IMG/VR virus record: IMGVR_UViG_3300032523_001366
Span: 4,016-68,015 of that record
Length of the DNA: 64,000 nt
Reading direction: 5' to 3' (one strand)
From: a virus
Under the pieces are notes generated by a model, which was given only the letters and a program-made list of their open reading frames with translations, was not told where the DNA came from and did no database searches. Of the stretch, positions 1 through 10,070 are shown in pieces. The translations under genes were made by a program, and so were the position numbers. How positions within the stretch are numbered: the first letter of the stretch is position 1; every line of letters begins with the position of its first letter.

Positions 1-15
1 CCCGGACTATGATGA

Positions 16-26
16 TTTTTAGCTAT
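16..26 (+). terminator. T-tract-AGCTAT cassette-end motif (cassette body would lie upstream of the window)
   Basis: TTTTTAGCTAT, same motif as the cassette ends at 52410, 62162, 62720, 63083 and 63379. Confidence 0.5.
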
Positions 27-107
27 CAGATATTGTTTTATAGTAGAGTACTTAGTACTCTTACATAGGAATGGTACGTTTAATATTTCTAAAGAAAGGC
101 GCCTAAA

Positions 108-380
108 ATGATCAAGGCAGTTTCAGCGAAGAGTGAGAGGGTTGGCAGTAAGGCCTCTATTTGCGTAGAGGCGGCCACTATAGAAGAGGCCCAATCACAA
201 GGGTCGAGGGAAATAGCCATCGAGCATTCAAAAACGCTCGGCATGGCCCGGCCTGGGATTTCGGGGAACCCGTGGCTAGAGTGGTGTGATAAAGAGGGGA
301 AAGCTATTCCCCAAACAGAGTTTCAAGAAGCACCTTATAAGGTGGTCCATATCACATGGCCGACCCAGGAAGGGCTTTAA
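108..380 (+). CDS. hypothetical protein
   Basis: 90-aa ORF, AAAGG SD-like element, stop overlaps next ATG. Confidence 0.6.
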   Translation: MIKAVSAKSERVGSKASICVEAATIEEAQSQGSREIAIEHSKTLGMARPGISGNPWLEWCDKEGKAIPQTEFQEAPYKVVHITWPTQEGL

Positions 381-1102
381 TGAATGCTCCCACGCCCCAA
401 GGCGGGGCCCACAGTAAACCAAATAAGGGCATGGAGTCCATGCGTCCTATATGGACGAGCGAAGACTCCTATGCCACAACTCTGGTGGTGTGCTTTATTG
501 ATGTGTATGGAACAGAAGGTCTCGAGTGGGACCCTATGACTATACGCAACGAAATAGAGGACGATTTTAAAGTTAAGGTACCGGCTAGAACTTTTAATAA
601 GTTAATGGCAGGTATAAACTTAGCCACTACAGATCAGTTTTACACTAACCTGCCGGACTTCATAGACTTATGTAATATATTGTCCGGGGATATACTGGAC
701 CCAAGATGGTTTGATCCAGCTGACCCAGGGGAGTGCGCTTGGGGTATAACAGAGGCGATGTTTATATCACCTCCTGAAAAGGATGACGAGAACCCGTTCT
801 CTCAGGATATCGTTGGGTATATATCTCAAGTGGTAAAGTCCCATGGTATACAAAACCCGCCCGATGTTCTTAGATTGGGGTTGAGAGAAGATGCTGGACA
901 GATAGCGGAAAACGTGGCTCAAACCTTTTCTGATGACCCTGAGATGTACTCTGCCATATGGAAGGTACAACAAGAAAAATCAGAGGATATAAAGACCTAC
1001 GTTAAAGAGAACATAAAAAGCATGTTCGCTCAGATAGAACAGCTTAAGCTGAATAATGGAGACGTCTCCAACATAATGAAGAGGCTGATGAGTCAGGTAT
1101 AG
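380..1102 (+). CDS. hypothetical phage protein (acidic)
   Basis: Long ORF; ATG 380 with AGGAAGG upstream preferred over 356; followed by a terminator. Confidence 0.7.
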   Translation: MNAPTPQGGAHSKPNKGMESMRPIWTSEDSYATTLVVCFIDVYGTEGLEWDPMTIRNEIEDDFKVKVPARTFNKLMAGINLATTDQFYTNLPDFIDLCNILSGDILDPRWFDPADPGECAWGITEAMFISPPEKDDENPFSQDIVGYISQVVKSHGIQNPPDVLRLGLREDAGQIAENVAQTFSDDPEMYSAIWKVQQEKSEDIKTYVKENIKSMFAQIEQLKLNNGDVSNIMKRLMSQV

Positions 1103-1128
1103 GCCTCTATTAAATTTATCTACTATGT

Positions 1129-1159
1129 AAGCCAGCAGACGTTTCTGTTGGCTTTTTTT
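1129..1159 (+). terminator. intrinsic terminator
   Basis: AAGCCAGCAGA-CGTT-TCTGTTGGCTT followed by T run. Confidence 0.75.
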
Positions 1160-1191
1160 ATTGGAAAACAAACATCAAGAGGAGAAACGCC

Positions 1192-1821
1192 ATGGGCGTA
1201 GAGACGTTTAGAAGGACTGCAGCCAAAAAGGCTGGAGAGATGGTAGAAAGAAACACCCGGTTGGAGATCAGGGTGGACTTCGCAAAAGAGAGGCTAATCC
1301 CGCCGGTAGCTCGATTTATGAAAGAGTTGTCTGAGGCGGTTAAGCCCATCCCTTCGACTATCGTTCGAGGGTTAAACCCAGATATGTACAGTATACTAGA
1401 CGGAGCCATCTTAAAATCTGGAGGTGAGCTTAACATCTCAGGAATAATGAATCTGGGAGGAATAAATATAAAGTGCTCCCCTACTTCCAATAACAGCTAC
1501 ATAAGCCTCTTAGTAGGGTTCAGGCCTAATGAAGAGATCATAAGCATCTTTGCATGCTTAAAGCCGAAGATAGATTACCCACAGGATCTATGGGATGCCT
1601 GCAGCATTGTAGTGTCGAAGGAGATCCCTAAGTTCAAGCTTAAGGACGGAACGACTGCACCACAGGGTACCTTCAAAGCTATCAGATCAGATAAGAGAGA
1701 GATTAATGTGCTGGAGGCTAAAGCGCCTTGGCCTATGATATGCGGGGAAGAGTTTTACAACTACCTATCAGCAGCTTGGGCGCTGATAGCGGATACTTCT
1801 TTTGACCTTATTGGAGAATAA
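1192..1821 (+). CDS. hypothetical protein
   Basis: 209-aa ORF with GAGGAG SD. Confidence 0.7.
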   Translation: MGVETFRRTAAKKAGEMVERNTRLEIRVDFAKERLIPPVARFMKELSEAVKPIPSTIVRGLNPDMYSILDGAILKSGGELNISGIMNLGGINIKCSPTSNNSYISLLVGFRPNEEIISIFACLKPKIDYPQDLWDACSIVVSKEIPKFKLKDGTTAPQGTFKAIRSDKREINVLEAKAPWPMICGEEFYNYLSAAWALIADTSFDLIGE

Positions 1822-1822
1822 A

Positions 1823-2698
1823 ATGGAGCCAGAATTCAAGAACAAGGCTGAGTTTATTAAGTTTATTGTAAACGGCATCTCCGAAATAATCGGAGAGAAA
1901 AACGGAGAGGAGGAAGAGCTCTCCCAATGCACAGAAGAGCGCATGAAAAAACTAGACGGGTTTTTGTCTAAGTATAGGGACCACGTACGGTTCTTTGAAA
2001 TAGAGGTTCCCTCTATAATCAGCGGCTTGTCTAACAGGTTCTCAAACTTTGCAAAAGGCGAGACCGAGACGGATGGAGTGATCTCGAAAAGGGTCCTCCT
2101 GGATGACATTATAATAATGGATAAGTCCGGAATAATACTTCCGACTGGTCAGGTAACGAAGTCGGAGCTTTTAAACCCGCCGGCCCTACTTCAGTTCTGC
2201 GTAGAGTGCCTTTTGAAGCTGTACCAGAAGTATGTCAGTTCCGCCCGGGATCTGATAGACGGCTGCAACGATGAGGAAACAGCAGCGGTAGTTGCCAGGA
2301 CATATCATATGTTAATGTCAATTGGCGGCGCCGAGGATAAGATCAGCTTACGTTCGTTAAACCTCATGATAATGGGAGATGCGGGAAAGGCTGCTGAACA
2401 AACAGCAAAGTACCTAGACGAGATAGGCATAAAGAAATCGGATGCTATCATCCAAATCCTTCCCATTCATGATATGAGGAGAATGGCGATGATCATTAGG
2501 TCAAAGGGTATGTTCTTTGCCGGCTGTTTCAAGTATAACTCTGAATTTAAGATAGATAGGGAGGTAAACGTTAAGGAGTGTTTCGCCGACCCTGACGAGT
2601 TTGCTAAGTTTGTGGAAAATAACTCGGACTCCCAGGTCAATAAGGCAACCAGTAAAGGGGCATCGCCTAAGTTTAGCTCAAAGATGTTTTTCAACTAG
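1823..2698 (+). CDS. hypothetical protein
   Basis: Long ORF, GGAG SD before ATG 1823. Confidence 0.7.
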   Translation: MEPEFKNKAEFIKFIVNGISEIIGEKNGEEEELSQCTEERMKKLDGFLSKYRDHVRFFEIEVPSIISGLSNRFSNFAKGETETDGVISKRVLLDDIIIMDKSGIILPTGQVTKSELLNPPALLQFCVECLLKLYQKYVSSARDLIDGCNDEETAAVVARTYHMLMSIGGAEDKISLRSLNLMIMGDAGKAAEQTAKYLDEIGIKKSDAIIQILPIHDMRRMAMIIRSKGMFFAGCFKYNSEFKIDREVNVKECFADPDEFAKFVENNSDSQVNKATSKGASPKFSSKMFFN

Positions 2699-2706
2699 GA
2701 GGCTTT

Positions 2707-2937
2707 ATGTTCTACAAAGAATACTCTAAAGAGGTATTGGAGGCTAAGTACGGAGAAGACAACGTGCTGACTGAGGAGGAGTTTGATAAAAGGTATACAA
2801 ACAAACTCCAAGTAAATGATCAACTGGTAGTAGCTTTTGACGCCGATGGAGATCAGGTGTCCTGCTTTTTCCAGGAAAACCCAAGACTATACTACGATAT
2901 CATCTCAAAAGGGCAAAAAGCTCAGAACTGGGGGTGA
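2707..2937 (+). CDS. hypothetical protein
   Basis: 76-aa ORF with AGGAGG SD. Confidence 0.65.
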   Translation: MFYKEYSKEVLEAKYGEDNVLTEEEFDKRYTNKLQVNDQLVVAFDADGDQVSCFFQENPRLYYDIISKGQKAQNWG

Positions 2938-2958
2938 TGCATCAGGGCCGTAGAAATA

Positions 2959-3303
2959 GTGGAACTAGACATGCTATCTAAAGCTGAGGGGTTTACTACA
3001 AACCTAAGCCGTAGGTTTGTAGGGCAGGTAAAGCTCCTAAAGGGAAAAGTTATGTGGGAAGCAGCCAAGGTGCTTCCTATGTATGTTCTAAATAATGTAG
3101 AGGTAAAAAGATATTTCCGAGTGTTCTTTAAACTAACACTCGGAAGAGAGCACAGATGGCTAGACGAGTACACGATAGACAGTATGAATAACAGTCAGTT
3201 AGCGGCAATTGTTGGGCTGCAGTCTTTCTCCCTTGATGTAGGGGAAGAGACTTATGTAAAATTCTTTGGTGATTTTGATGAACAGGAGTTGGAGAATGAT
3301 TAA
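2959..3303 (+). CDS. hypothetical protein
   Basis: 114-aa ORF filling the operon gap; start uncertain. Confidence 0.5.
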   Translation: MELDMLSKAEGFTTNLSRRFVGQVKLLKGKVMWEAAKVLPMYVLNNVEVKRYFRVFFKLTLGREHRWLDEYTIDSMNNSQLAAIVGLQSFSLDVGEETYVKFFGDFDEQELEND

Positions 3304-4357
3304 TAAAGTTAATGCGGATGGCGTAGTGCACGAAGATACCGAGAACACAATAATTACGGGGGAATTCGACATGGCGGGATATATCAGTCGGTTGAAGGCG
3401 AAAGAAGTGGTAGCGGAGGAAGAAAGGGCCACGGAATCTAAAGAGGAGGACAGCTTCTCGTACCTTAACGGTACCTACGTTCCAGATGTAGATCCTTCCT
3501 ACGTCATGCCGCCAGATACGGCAAAGCTGTTTGAGGTTCTTAATCAGGGCCGCAAGGAGATGTCAGAGAATGTACTGCTCGTAGGTCCTACCGGTTGTGG
3601 TAAGACCGAGCTGGCGAAGCAATTTGCCGCAAGAGTAGGTCTTCCCCTCTTAAAGATGGATTGCAGCAATATCACTGAGGCTAGTCAGTGGTTTGGTAGG
3701 CTGGATATGAAGAACTCCTCGTTGGAGTATCTTGAGGCTCCATTCTCTCGAATCGTAGCTAGAGGGAATCATGTAATTCTCTTAGACGAGATCAATCGTG
3801 CTAGCTCCGAAGTGCTTAACTGTCTACTTCCATTGCTAGACACGACTAGGAGTACGTTCATTCAAGAACGTAAACCAAGTCCCATCCTTAGGGATGGCGG
3901 TGGTCTTATTTGGTTTGCGACTATGAATGAGGGGAGTCAATACACTGGCACTATGAGATTAGATCGCGCTCTGCGCGGTAGATTCTCAAATGTGGTAGAG
4001 TTAACTTATCTGAGCAAAGCAGATGAGATAGCATTGCTGGTAAGGCGTACAGGTATTGATGTAGAAAATGCCACCAAGTTGGTGGATATCGCTGATACCA
4101 TTCGCTTAAAGGCAAAGGGTATCAACAGCATCTATACGCATGTACTCTCTACACGAGAGTTGCTTAATGCAGCTAAGAAGTTCGTAAGAGGCGGTATTAA
4201 GACTTTGCGCTTTACTGTGCTTAATCACTTTGATGGTGGTAACGGCGTAGACTCAGAGCGAGGTCATGTCCTTAAGATGCTCGAAGGTAAGATGGGTAGT
4301 ATTAACGGCTTGGGAGACAAGCCAAAATCTGCAAGCGATATGATTGCAGGTTCCTAG
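3296..4357 (+). CDS. MoxR/CbbQ/CobS-like AAA+ ATPase
   Basis: Walker A GPTGCGKT, Walker B ILLDEINRA, sensor ATMN, arginine finger ALRGRF. Confidence 0.9.
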   Translation: MINKVNADGVVHEDTENTIITGEFDMAGYISRLKAKEVVAEEERATESKEEDSFSYLNGTYVPDVDPSYVMPPDTAKLFEVLNQGRKEMSENVLLVGPTGCGKTELAKQFAARVGLPLLKMDCSNITEASQWFGRLDMKNSSLEYLEAPFSRIVARGNHVILLDEINRASSEVLNCLLPLLDTTRSTFIQERKPSPILRDGGGLIWFATMNEGSQYTGTMRLDRALRGRFSNVVELTYLSKADEIALLVRRTGIDVENATKLVDIADTIRLKAKGINSIYTHVLSTRELLNAAKKFVRGGIKTLRFTVLNHFDGGNGVDSERGHVLKMLEGKMGSINGLGDKPKSASDMIAGS

Positions 4358-4416
4358 TTGTTTTAAAACGGTGGCAGGGCTAGCGCCTTGCCACTTTACT
4401 CTTGGAGGTAAATAAT

Positions 4417-6465
4417 ATGGCATTCAAAGACTGGTACGAAAACCCTAAGTATGAAGCCGGAACAGGCAAATCATACTGGGGGTCATGGTCTAAGTGGAGC
4501 TACTTAGACGCCCCACTTGACGACTATGATAAGAAAGACGGATCCCTTAAAAAGGATAAGGACTCAAATAAGAGGGCGTGTGAGGATGCCCTAAGGTCAG
4601 TTAGTAGATCTGCAAATGTGATTCTTAACTCAGGATCGCAGGAGAGGTCTCTGACCGTTAAGTTTTCCAATGGGGAAAATGTAAATACCCTAAAGGATGA
4701 CACGATATACCTATCCCCGGACGCTCTGCTAGATTGCGTCACGCGGGATGAGAAGGAAGACACTATAGATAGTATGAGCGGGCAGGCGATGTTATCTGCT
4801 CAGCTGAAGCGGCAGCTAGACCCTAATACCTACCAGGAGTTCCTGGCATCTAAGGACCGGGAAATAAGGTCTCTATGGAGCTCTATAGAGCTAGCCATCG
4901 CTAGAGGCGAGGTAATAGGTGACTGGGCAGGGTTTAAGCCGTACTTTGATATGTACGCAAAGACCAGCTCAAAAGTCACCAGCACGGTGATCAAGAGAGA
5001 GCTAAGCAAGCATAACGGAACTAGTGAGGATAAGCCCACTAGTGCTAAGGCGTTTGTTATGGGAGTGGCATGGAACCTGTACCATAGCCATGATCCTATA
5101 CGAATACCCCCCGCCTACAATGACGGTAAGATGCTGGTGGCTGCGGGCCTTAGAGGGGCAGAAAGCTGCAAAGAGCGATGGAACTTTTGCAGCTTGGTGG
5201 TGGCGGAGCTTCGTCGCATGTACGACACCGCTCCACCTCCTGGAAAAGGCCCAGGCGCGCCAGAAGGTAGTAGGCCTATGGACTTTGAGGAGTCCGCAGA
5301 AGGGGTGGACATGCTCGAGATGATTAAGAAGCTCGAGAAGATAAGAAAAGAAGAGGACCCTGCAACGCCAAAAAAGAGTGTGCCAAAGAGGGGCGCTGAT
5401 AAGTTCACTGGTGTGGACGAAGAGCTGTTTGGTGTGGATAAGATAGCTAATAAGAAGTGCAAGGAGGCTGGAGATATCGACGCGATAAGCGGAGATTCTA
5501 CTTCAGAGCTAAAGGACTCTGTAAGCGCCCCGTCTATTCCAGGGCCCGGAGGCTATAGAGGCCGGACCGTAAAGAGGGGTATTCCCTTCTGGCTCCCTAA
5601 GGACAAACCATCTAGGGAGAGCAAGAAGCACTTTGATAAAAGCAAGATAGCGGAGCTGAATAGAGTGGCTGAGGTTATTAAGGATAGCTTCGGTTTCACT
5701 GATAAGCTTGCTAAGCGAAAAATATACGGGCTTAAGTCCGGAGTAATCCGTCCTGAGGCGCTGTATAGACTGGAGCTGGGCTCTGATGAGGTATTCTACA
5801 AGACCACTTTGGTCGACGTAGATAAAGTATCAGTGTGTCTGCTAATAGACCAGTCAGGCAGTATGGGAAGCCACAGCCGCGGATCTGCTGCTGAAAAAGT
5901 AGTAGAGGCCGCGGAGGTAGCGTATGTACTTGCGCACCTATGCAAAGATCTGAAGCATATGGACCTGTCTGTTATAGGCTTCAGTGCCCAGGAAAGTTGT
6001 GATGAGGCTCGCCTCAAGCTTACTTCTGGATCGGACGCTGACGGCGAGGTAGATATGCGGCTCATCTATGACTCGATGGACCCTAGTAATAGCAACATCG
6101 AAGACATATGCCACATTCGGTCACACTCCAATAACCTAGACGGGTTTTCACTCTGGTATGCTGCTAAGCACATGTCGGAGACGAGAGCAGATAGGAAGCG
6201 TAAGGTACTTATAGTGGTGTCTGACGGATCCCCTAACGGTAGAGGATACGGCGGAGACGAGGCGGAGGCGCACGTAGCGTTATGTAAGAAAGATGTCAAA
6301 GCTCGCTTTGGCATTGATACATACGCCATTGGCATCTCTAACGCCTACACTCAACATGAGGGTGATAAGATGTACGGAGCTGGAAACAACATCATTATCG
6401 GTGATGTTAAATCTAGCGTAGGCTTTCTTTCCAGATTCCTTAATCAGGTTTCTCAGATAGCTTAG
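4417..6465 (+). CDS. vWA (MIDAS) domain protein, CobT-like partner of the AAA+ ATPase
   Basis: LLIDQSGSM MIDAS motif and IVVSDGSP in the C-terminal third; adjacent to MoxR-type ATPase; GGAGGT SD. Confidence 0.85.
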   Translation: MAFKDWYENPKYEAGTGKSYWGSWSKWSYLDAPLDDYDKKDGSLKKDKDSNKRACEDALRSVSRSANVILNSGSQERSLTVKFSNGENVNTLKDDTIYLSPDALLDCVTRDEKEDTIDSMSGQAMLSAQLKRQLDPNTYQEFLASKDREIRSLWSSIELAIARGEVIGDWAGFKPYFDMYAKTSSKVTSTVIKRELSKHNGTSEDKPTSAKAFVMGVAWNLYHSHDPIRIPPAYNDGKMLVAAGLRGAESCKERWNFCSLVVAELRRMYDTAPPPGKGPGAPEGSRPMDFEESAEGVDMLEMIKKLEKIRKEEDPATPKKSVPKRGADKFTGVDEELFGVDKIANKKCKEAGDIDAISGDSTSELKDSVSAPSIPGPGGYRGRTVKRGIPFWLPKDKPSRESKKHFDKSKIAELNRVAEVIKDSFGFTDKLAKRKIYGLKSGVIRPEALYRLELGSDEVFYKTTLVDVDKVSVCLLIDQSGSMGSHSRGSAAEKVVEAAEVAYVLAHLCKDLKHMDLSVIGFSAQESCDEARLKLTSGSDADGEVDMRLIYDSMDPSNSNIEDICHIRSHSNNLDGFSLWYAAKHMSETRADRKRKVLIVVSDGSPNGRGYGGDEAEAHVALCKKDVKARFGIDTYAIGISNAYTQHEGDKMYGAGNNIIIGDVKSSVGFLSRFLNQVSQIA

Positions 6466-7580
6466 ATATAGTCTTCGACCCTTACAGCATTGTGAGATGC
6501 TTGTTTGTAGGCAGTCTTAACTCCAAGACTGTCTACAAGGGTGTCGAAGAGACCTGCATCTCCTCTAGGAAGAGTAGATAGCTCTTCAGCTAATTTTTCA
6601 GAGTCAACAAACAGGCCACCGCTAGAGACTCGCTCAGCGAAATCGACTCCAAACATGTCTTCGATTTCATTGAGCTTGATGTTCTCTAGCTGGGCCTTCT
6701 TGTATACTGAGCCGTTAGTAAGTTGTACGTGATCATTAACGATGCTCTTAGCTTCCTTTACTGTAATAGTGTAAAGGTCGTTTACAGAGCCTAATGATTT
6801 AAACCTATACTCATCATCAACTGAGCTAATTATTGATGCTGCTTTATCCATAACCTCTGTTGAGTTATCTTTAAGGACGTGCTGTGCAGTCTTGGCCAGC
6901 ATGAGTTGAATGTCTTCGTCCTTCTTTAAGGTCTTAAGAGCTTTGGCTCTATCGAATAACATGTTAGCTACCTTGGTCCTAGATACTAGCCCGTTGGCGG
7001 CGTACCTAATTATTTCTGTTTCTCCTGTAAGTGCTACGCCAAACTCGGAAGCCTTTTCTAATATCTTATTGGCGATAGTTCTTCGGTCTGTGAAGTTAAT
7101 ATCGCTGGCATTCTTTTGCATCCAATCTGCAGCCGCCTTAACTTCCATAGCATTTCGAATAGGATACGTTCGACTTTTATGCCCGGTTTCAAACTTAACT
7201 ACGATAGCAAAGTCATCATCTCGAAGATCTTCTTCGGAATGTTTTTGCATTAGACTGTGGTTTTCTATAAGCTGATCGAGGTGTGGTCTTACTCCAAAGA
7301 AGTCTCCTGCCTTTAGGATTCTATCTTTTACGGAGTTAGCCAGCTTTCCGAATTCTTTCTCCTGGTCTAAAAAGTAGGCCATAGAGATATATGTAGATGA
7401 AGAAGTGTGACATGGGAACTTCAAAGTTCTAGGATCCCCATAAGCACTAGAAGGGAGGGATGAGCCGGATCCAGTCAAATCTACTGAAGAGGCTGACTTG
7501 ACGAACTCTGGCATACGATAGAGCTTAGTAAGATTGTGTAACTTAACTCCACCCTTATCATCAACTTGGTCAATAATCAT
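6462..7580 (-). CDS. hypothetical phage protein with two related repeats
   Basis: 372-aa ORF; YGDPRTLKFPCHT and RTYPIRNAMEVKAA segments resemble each other. Confidence 0.7.
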   Translation of the reverse strand: MIIDQVDDKGGVKLHNLTKLYRMPEFVKSASSVDLTGSGSSLPSSAYGDPRTLKFPCHTSSSTYISMAYFLDQEKEFGKLANSVKDRILKAGDFFGVRPHLDQLIENHSLMQKHSEEDLRDDDFAIVVKFETGHKSRTYPIRNAMEVKAAADWMQKNASDINFTDRRTIANKILEKASEFGVALTGETEIIRYAANGLVSRTKVANMLFDRAKALKTLKKDEDIQLMLAKTAQHVLKDNSTEVMDKAASIISSVDDEYRFKSLGSVNDLYTITVKEAKSIVNDHVQLTNGSVYKKAQLENIKLNEIEDMFGVDFAERVSSGGLFVDSEKLAEELSTLPRGDAGLFDTLVDSLGVKTAYKQASHNAVRVEDYI

Positions 7581-7632
7581 GGCATATACTCCAGTAATGT
7601 TACTTAACTATAGTGTTCAGTGGCGCACAGTG

Positions 7633-10068
7633 ATGGATCTGGTTAATGTATCTCCGGATTCAAACTTCCTTCCGTGCAACTGCCCCTGCCCTAATTGTAG
7701 CAGTAATCTTACCATATATAAAGATATTACAGCAACATCGGCTCAGTGGTTCTATTGCAAGAACTGTGAGCTTTCCGGTGACACTATAGAACTACTAGCA
7801 GCATATATGAAATTAGGGCTAATGGACACCATTAATTTTCTAGTTTCTAAAGGGATAATAGACAATACAAAGGAAAACTACTCCAGAAGGGTGTTTGAGT
7901 ATATAAACAGGCAAGCTGGGTATCGTAACAAAATACTGTCGTTTTGGAATATGATTAAGGGGTGCGAGGAGAGAATAACCAAAGAACACATGGACATAAT
8001 TTCTATCTTAAACCTAAGTGGTAGTAGTAGCGACACTAAAGGTGTAAAGCAAGTATTTGGCTTCAGCAATAGAGCAGAGGTGCTTAAAAGCCTAGTCATA
8101 GGAAACTCATCGGCAGGAGCTGACGGAGGCTGTAACAGGGTGTTTAAAGGCAAAGGCTGGAAGAGCGTGTGCATGGTAGCAGCTTTTGATATGCCAGGAA
8201 GAATAAAGTCATTCATAATATTTGGCCAGCTATCCTCTGGTAACGTCTCAGTCATAATAAGGCACATATGTTACAAGACCTGGAATGCGTATGAGACTGA
8301 GCCTGGGCTAATGTTCCTAAACGAGGCCGCATCCAGTGAGTGTAAGTCAGCGATAGTAGTAACTGACACCATGCAGGGCCTTAAGATAGTTATTGATTAT
8401 ATAGATAAGTACGGTAAATTTCCGCCTATAGTTGTATCTACGCCCGACGAGGAAAAGAGATCTTGCGCATGGAAAATTCTTATGGAGGAAAATAAAGACG
8501 TAATAATAACAGGACCAAAGACATCAGAGATAGCCCCATTCAGCCTAGAGGCCTATGTAAGTGAGTTCTCAGAGGGCTGGGATAGTTCCTGGGTAGGGTC
8601 CGCTAAGTGGGTAACAAAGACTATAGAGAAGAAAGCAAAACAAAAGATAATGGAGACGTCTCCAAAAAAAGATGACAGGAAAATGGTGCTCTTTAATAAC
8701 ACAGTCTACGAATGTAAAAAAGACGGAATGTACGCCGGGGCGCGGACATTTAGTACCCTAGTAATGGACGCTTCTTTAAACATAGAGGAGATACTTCTTA
8801 CCAAAGGTGATCAGTACTATATAGGAACTATTACATCACATTCTAGCGGAGATACCGCAAGCTTTAAAGTAAGGTCTGCTTTACTAGACCACAGGTTCTA
8901 CCACTGGCTTAAGGCATTTAGTCTAAAAAAAGGCATAGGTCATATAATGTGCAGAAAAAGCTACACACCCTACGCAGTTAAAGTATCCATTCTGCTTAAT
9001 CCGCCGAGAATAGTAACTGACTTAAGAGAAGACGCTGGAGAGGGTATAGCATACAGATTTTCTAAGCACAATATAATGAAAAGCGGCAGAGTAGTAGAGC
9101 TGCCTGCTGTTAAGAAGTTTAGAGAAGGCTCCCTATGCTTAAGCGAGCCCTTGAGCCCCTTTGAGAAAGATGCCTTGGGAGATGAGAGAAACGAGTTAGC
9201 ATGGGCGGTAATAGTGGCCTGCATGTCTAACGCCATGTCTAACATAACTAATAAGCCTAAAATAGGAGTAGCTGTAGACCCGGCCTGCTTTGATGACGTA
9301 AGGGCCATAGCTGAGGCCGTAGGATCAAGGGTGTGCTCGTTATCCAATAAGGGAATTAGAAAAGCAGGGGTAGCAGGCATCCTAGACATGGAGGCTAGGT
9401 CTAACTTTCCTATAGTGATAGACCCATCTGTGCTTGTAGTGCCCTCACACAGAGAGGCCATAGAGATGGCCAGTGGTCCTAGGAATTGTATAATTACGCT
9501 GAGCGAGGCGTCCATGCTGGGAGCTAGAACTATAACAAGATGGGTTCGTATTAAGGACGGAACCCATACTATGACTGAGTCATTGAGGTCAGCCTGTAAG
9601 AAAATCGGTATACTTTTTCTTACATGGATTATCAAGACTAAGCACAGGCCTTTAGGCACTAACAGCATAAAGAAAGCTGTAGAAGCCCTGTCAGAGTGGT
9701 GCGTAAAGAGCGACATAACACTCGATGGGCTGCATAAGGGTATAGGCCTTTTAGACCACGACCTAGACAGCGCAGATAATAAGTCTAAGGCCAACGCATT
9801 TAAGGCTGCTATGGGTCTGGTTATTAATTCTGAAGGCCTGTCTAGTAATGGGGACGGCGCAGTAGATGGTGAGATAACCTGGGTAGCGTGTAAGGACATT
9901 TACAGCGTACTTAGTAAACACTCTATACCCATTGCTAATAGGGGATCATTAGCTAAAGCTCTTCTAGAGACTCGCACTATAAAAGAGTATGCAATGTTTA
10001 AGGGAACCAATAATCCTAGCTGGGCTATACTGACCTCTGACTTAGAAGTATGGGCCAGGCATATGTAG
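7633..10068 (+). CDS. large protein with N-terminal primase-type zinc-binding domain
   Basis: CPCPNC...WFYCKNCELSGDTIELL resembles the CHC2/primase Zn-ribbon pattern FxCxxCxxxGDxI; start uncertain (7534/7579/7633). Confidence 0.6.
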   Translation: MDLVNVSPDSNFLPCNCPCPNCSSNLTIYKDITATSAQWFYCKNCELSGDTIELLAAYMKLGLMDTINFLVSKGIIDNTKENYSRRVFEYINRQAGYRNKILSFWNMIKGCEERITKEHMDIISILNLSGSSSDTKGVKQVFGFSNRAEVLKSLVIGNSSAGADGGCNRVFKGKGWKSVCMVAAFDMPGRIKSFIIFGQLSSGNVSVIIRHICYKTWNAYETEPGLMFLNEAASSECKSAIVVTDTMQGLKIVIDYIDKYGKFPPIVVSTPDEEKRSCAWKILMEENKDVIITGPKTSEIAPFSLEAYVSEFSEGWDSSWVGSAKWVTKTIEKKAKQKIMETSPKKDDRKMVLFNNTVYECKKDGMYAGARTFSTLVMDASLNIEEILLTKGDQYYIGTITSHSSGDTASFKVRSALLDHRFYHWLKAFSLKKGIGHIMCRKSYTPYAVKVSILLNPPRIVTDLREDAGEGIAYRFSKHNIMKSGRVVELPAVKKFREGSLCLSEPLSPFEKDALGDERNELAWAVIVACMSNAMSNITNKPKIGVAVDPACFDDVRAIAEAVGSRVCSLSNKGIRKAGVAGILDMEARSNFPIVIDPSVLVVPSHREAIEMASGPRNCIITLSEASMLGARTITRWVRIKDGTHTMTESLRSACKKIGILFLTWIIKTKHRPLGTNSIKKAVEALSEWCVKSDITLDGLHKGIGLLDHDLDSADNKSKANAFKAAMGLVINSEGLSSNGDGAVDGEITWVACKDIYSVLSKHSIPIANRGSLAKALLETRTIKEYAMFKGTNNPSWAILTSDLEVWARHM

Positions 10069-10070
10069 TG

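Noticed and set aside
8970-9899. 309-aa antisense ORF and the many other - strand ORFs under + strand genes
   Set aside because: Fully nested opposite longer genes and with no recognisable motifs; treated as shadow ORFs.
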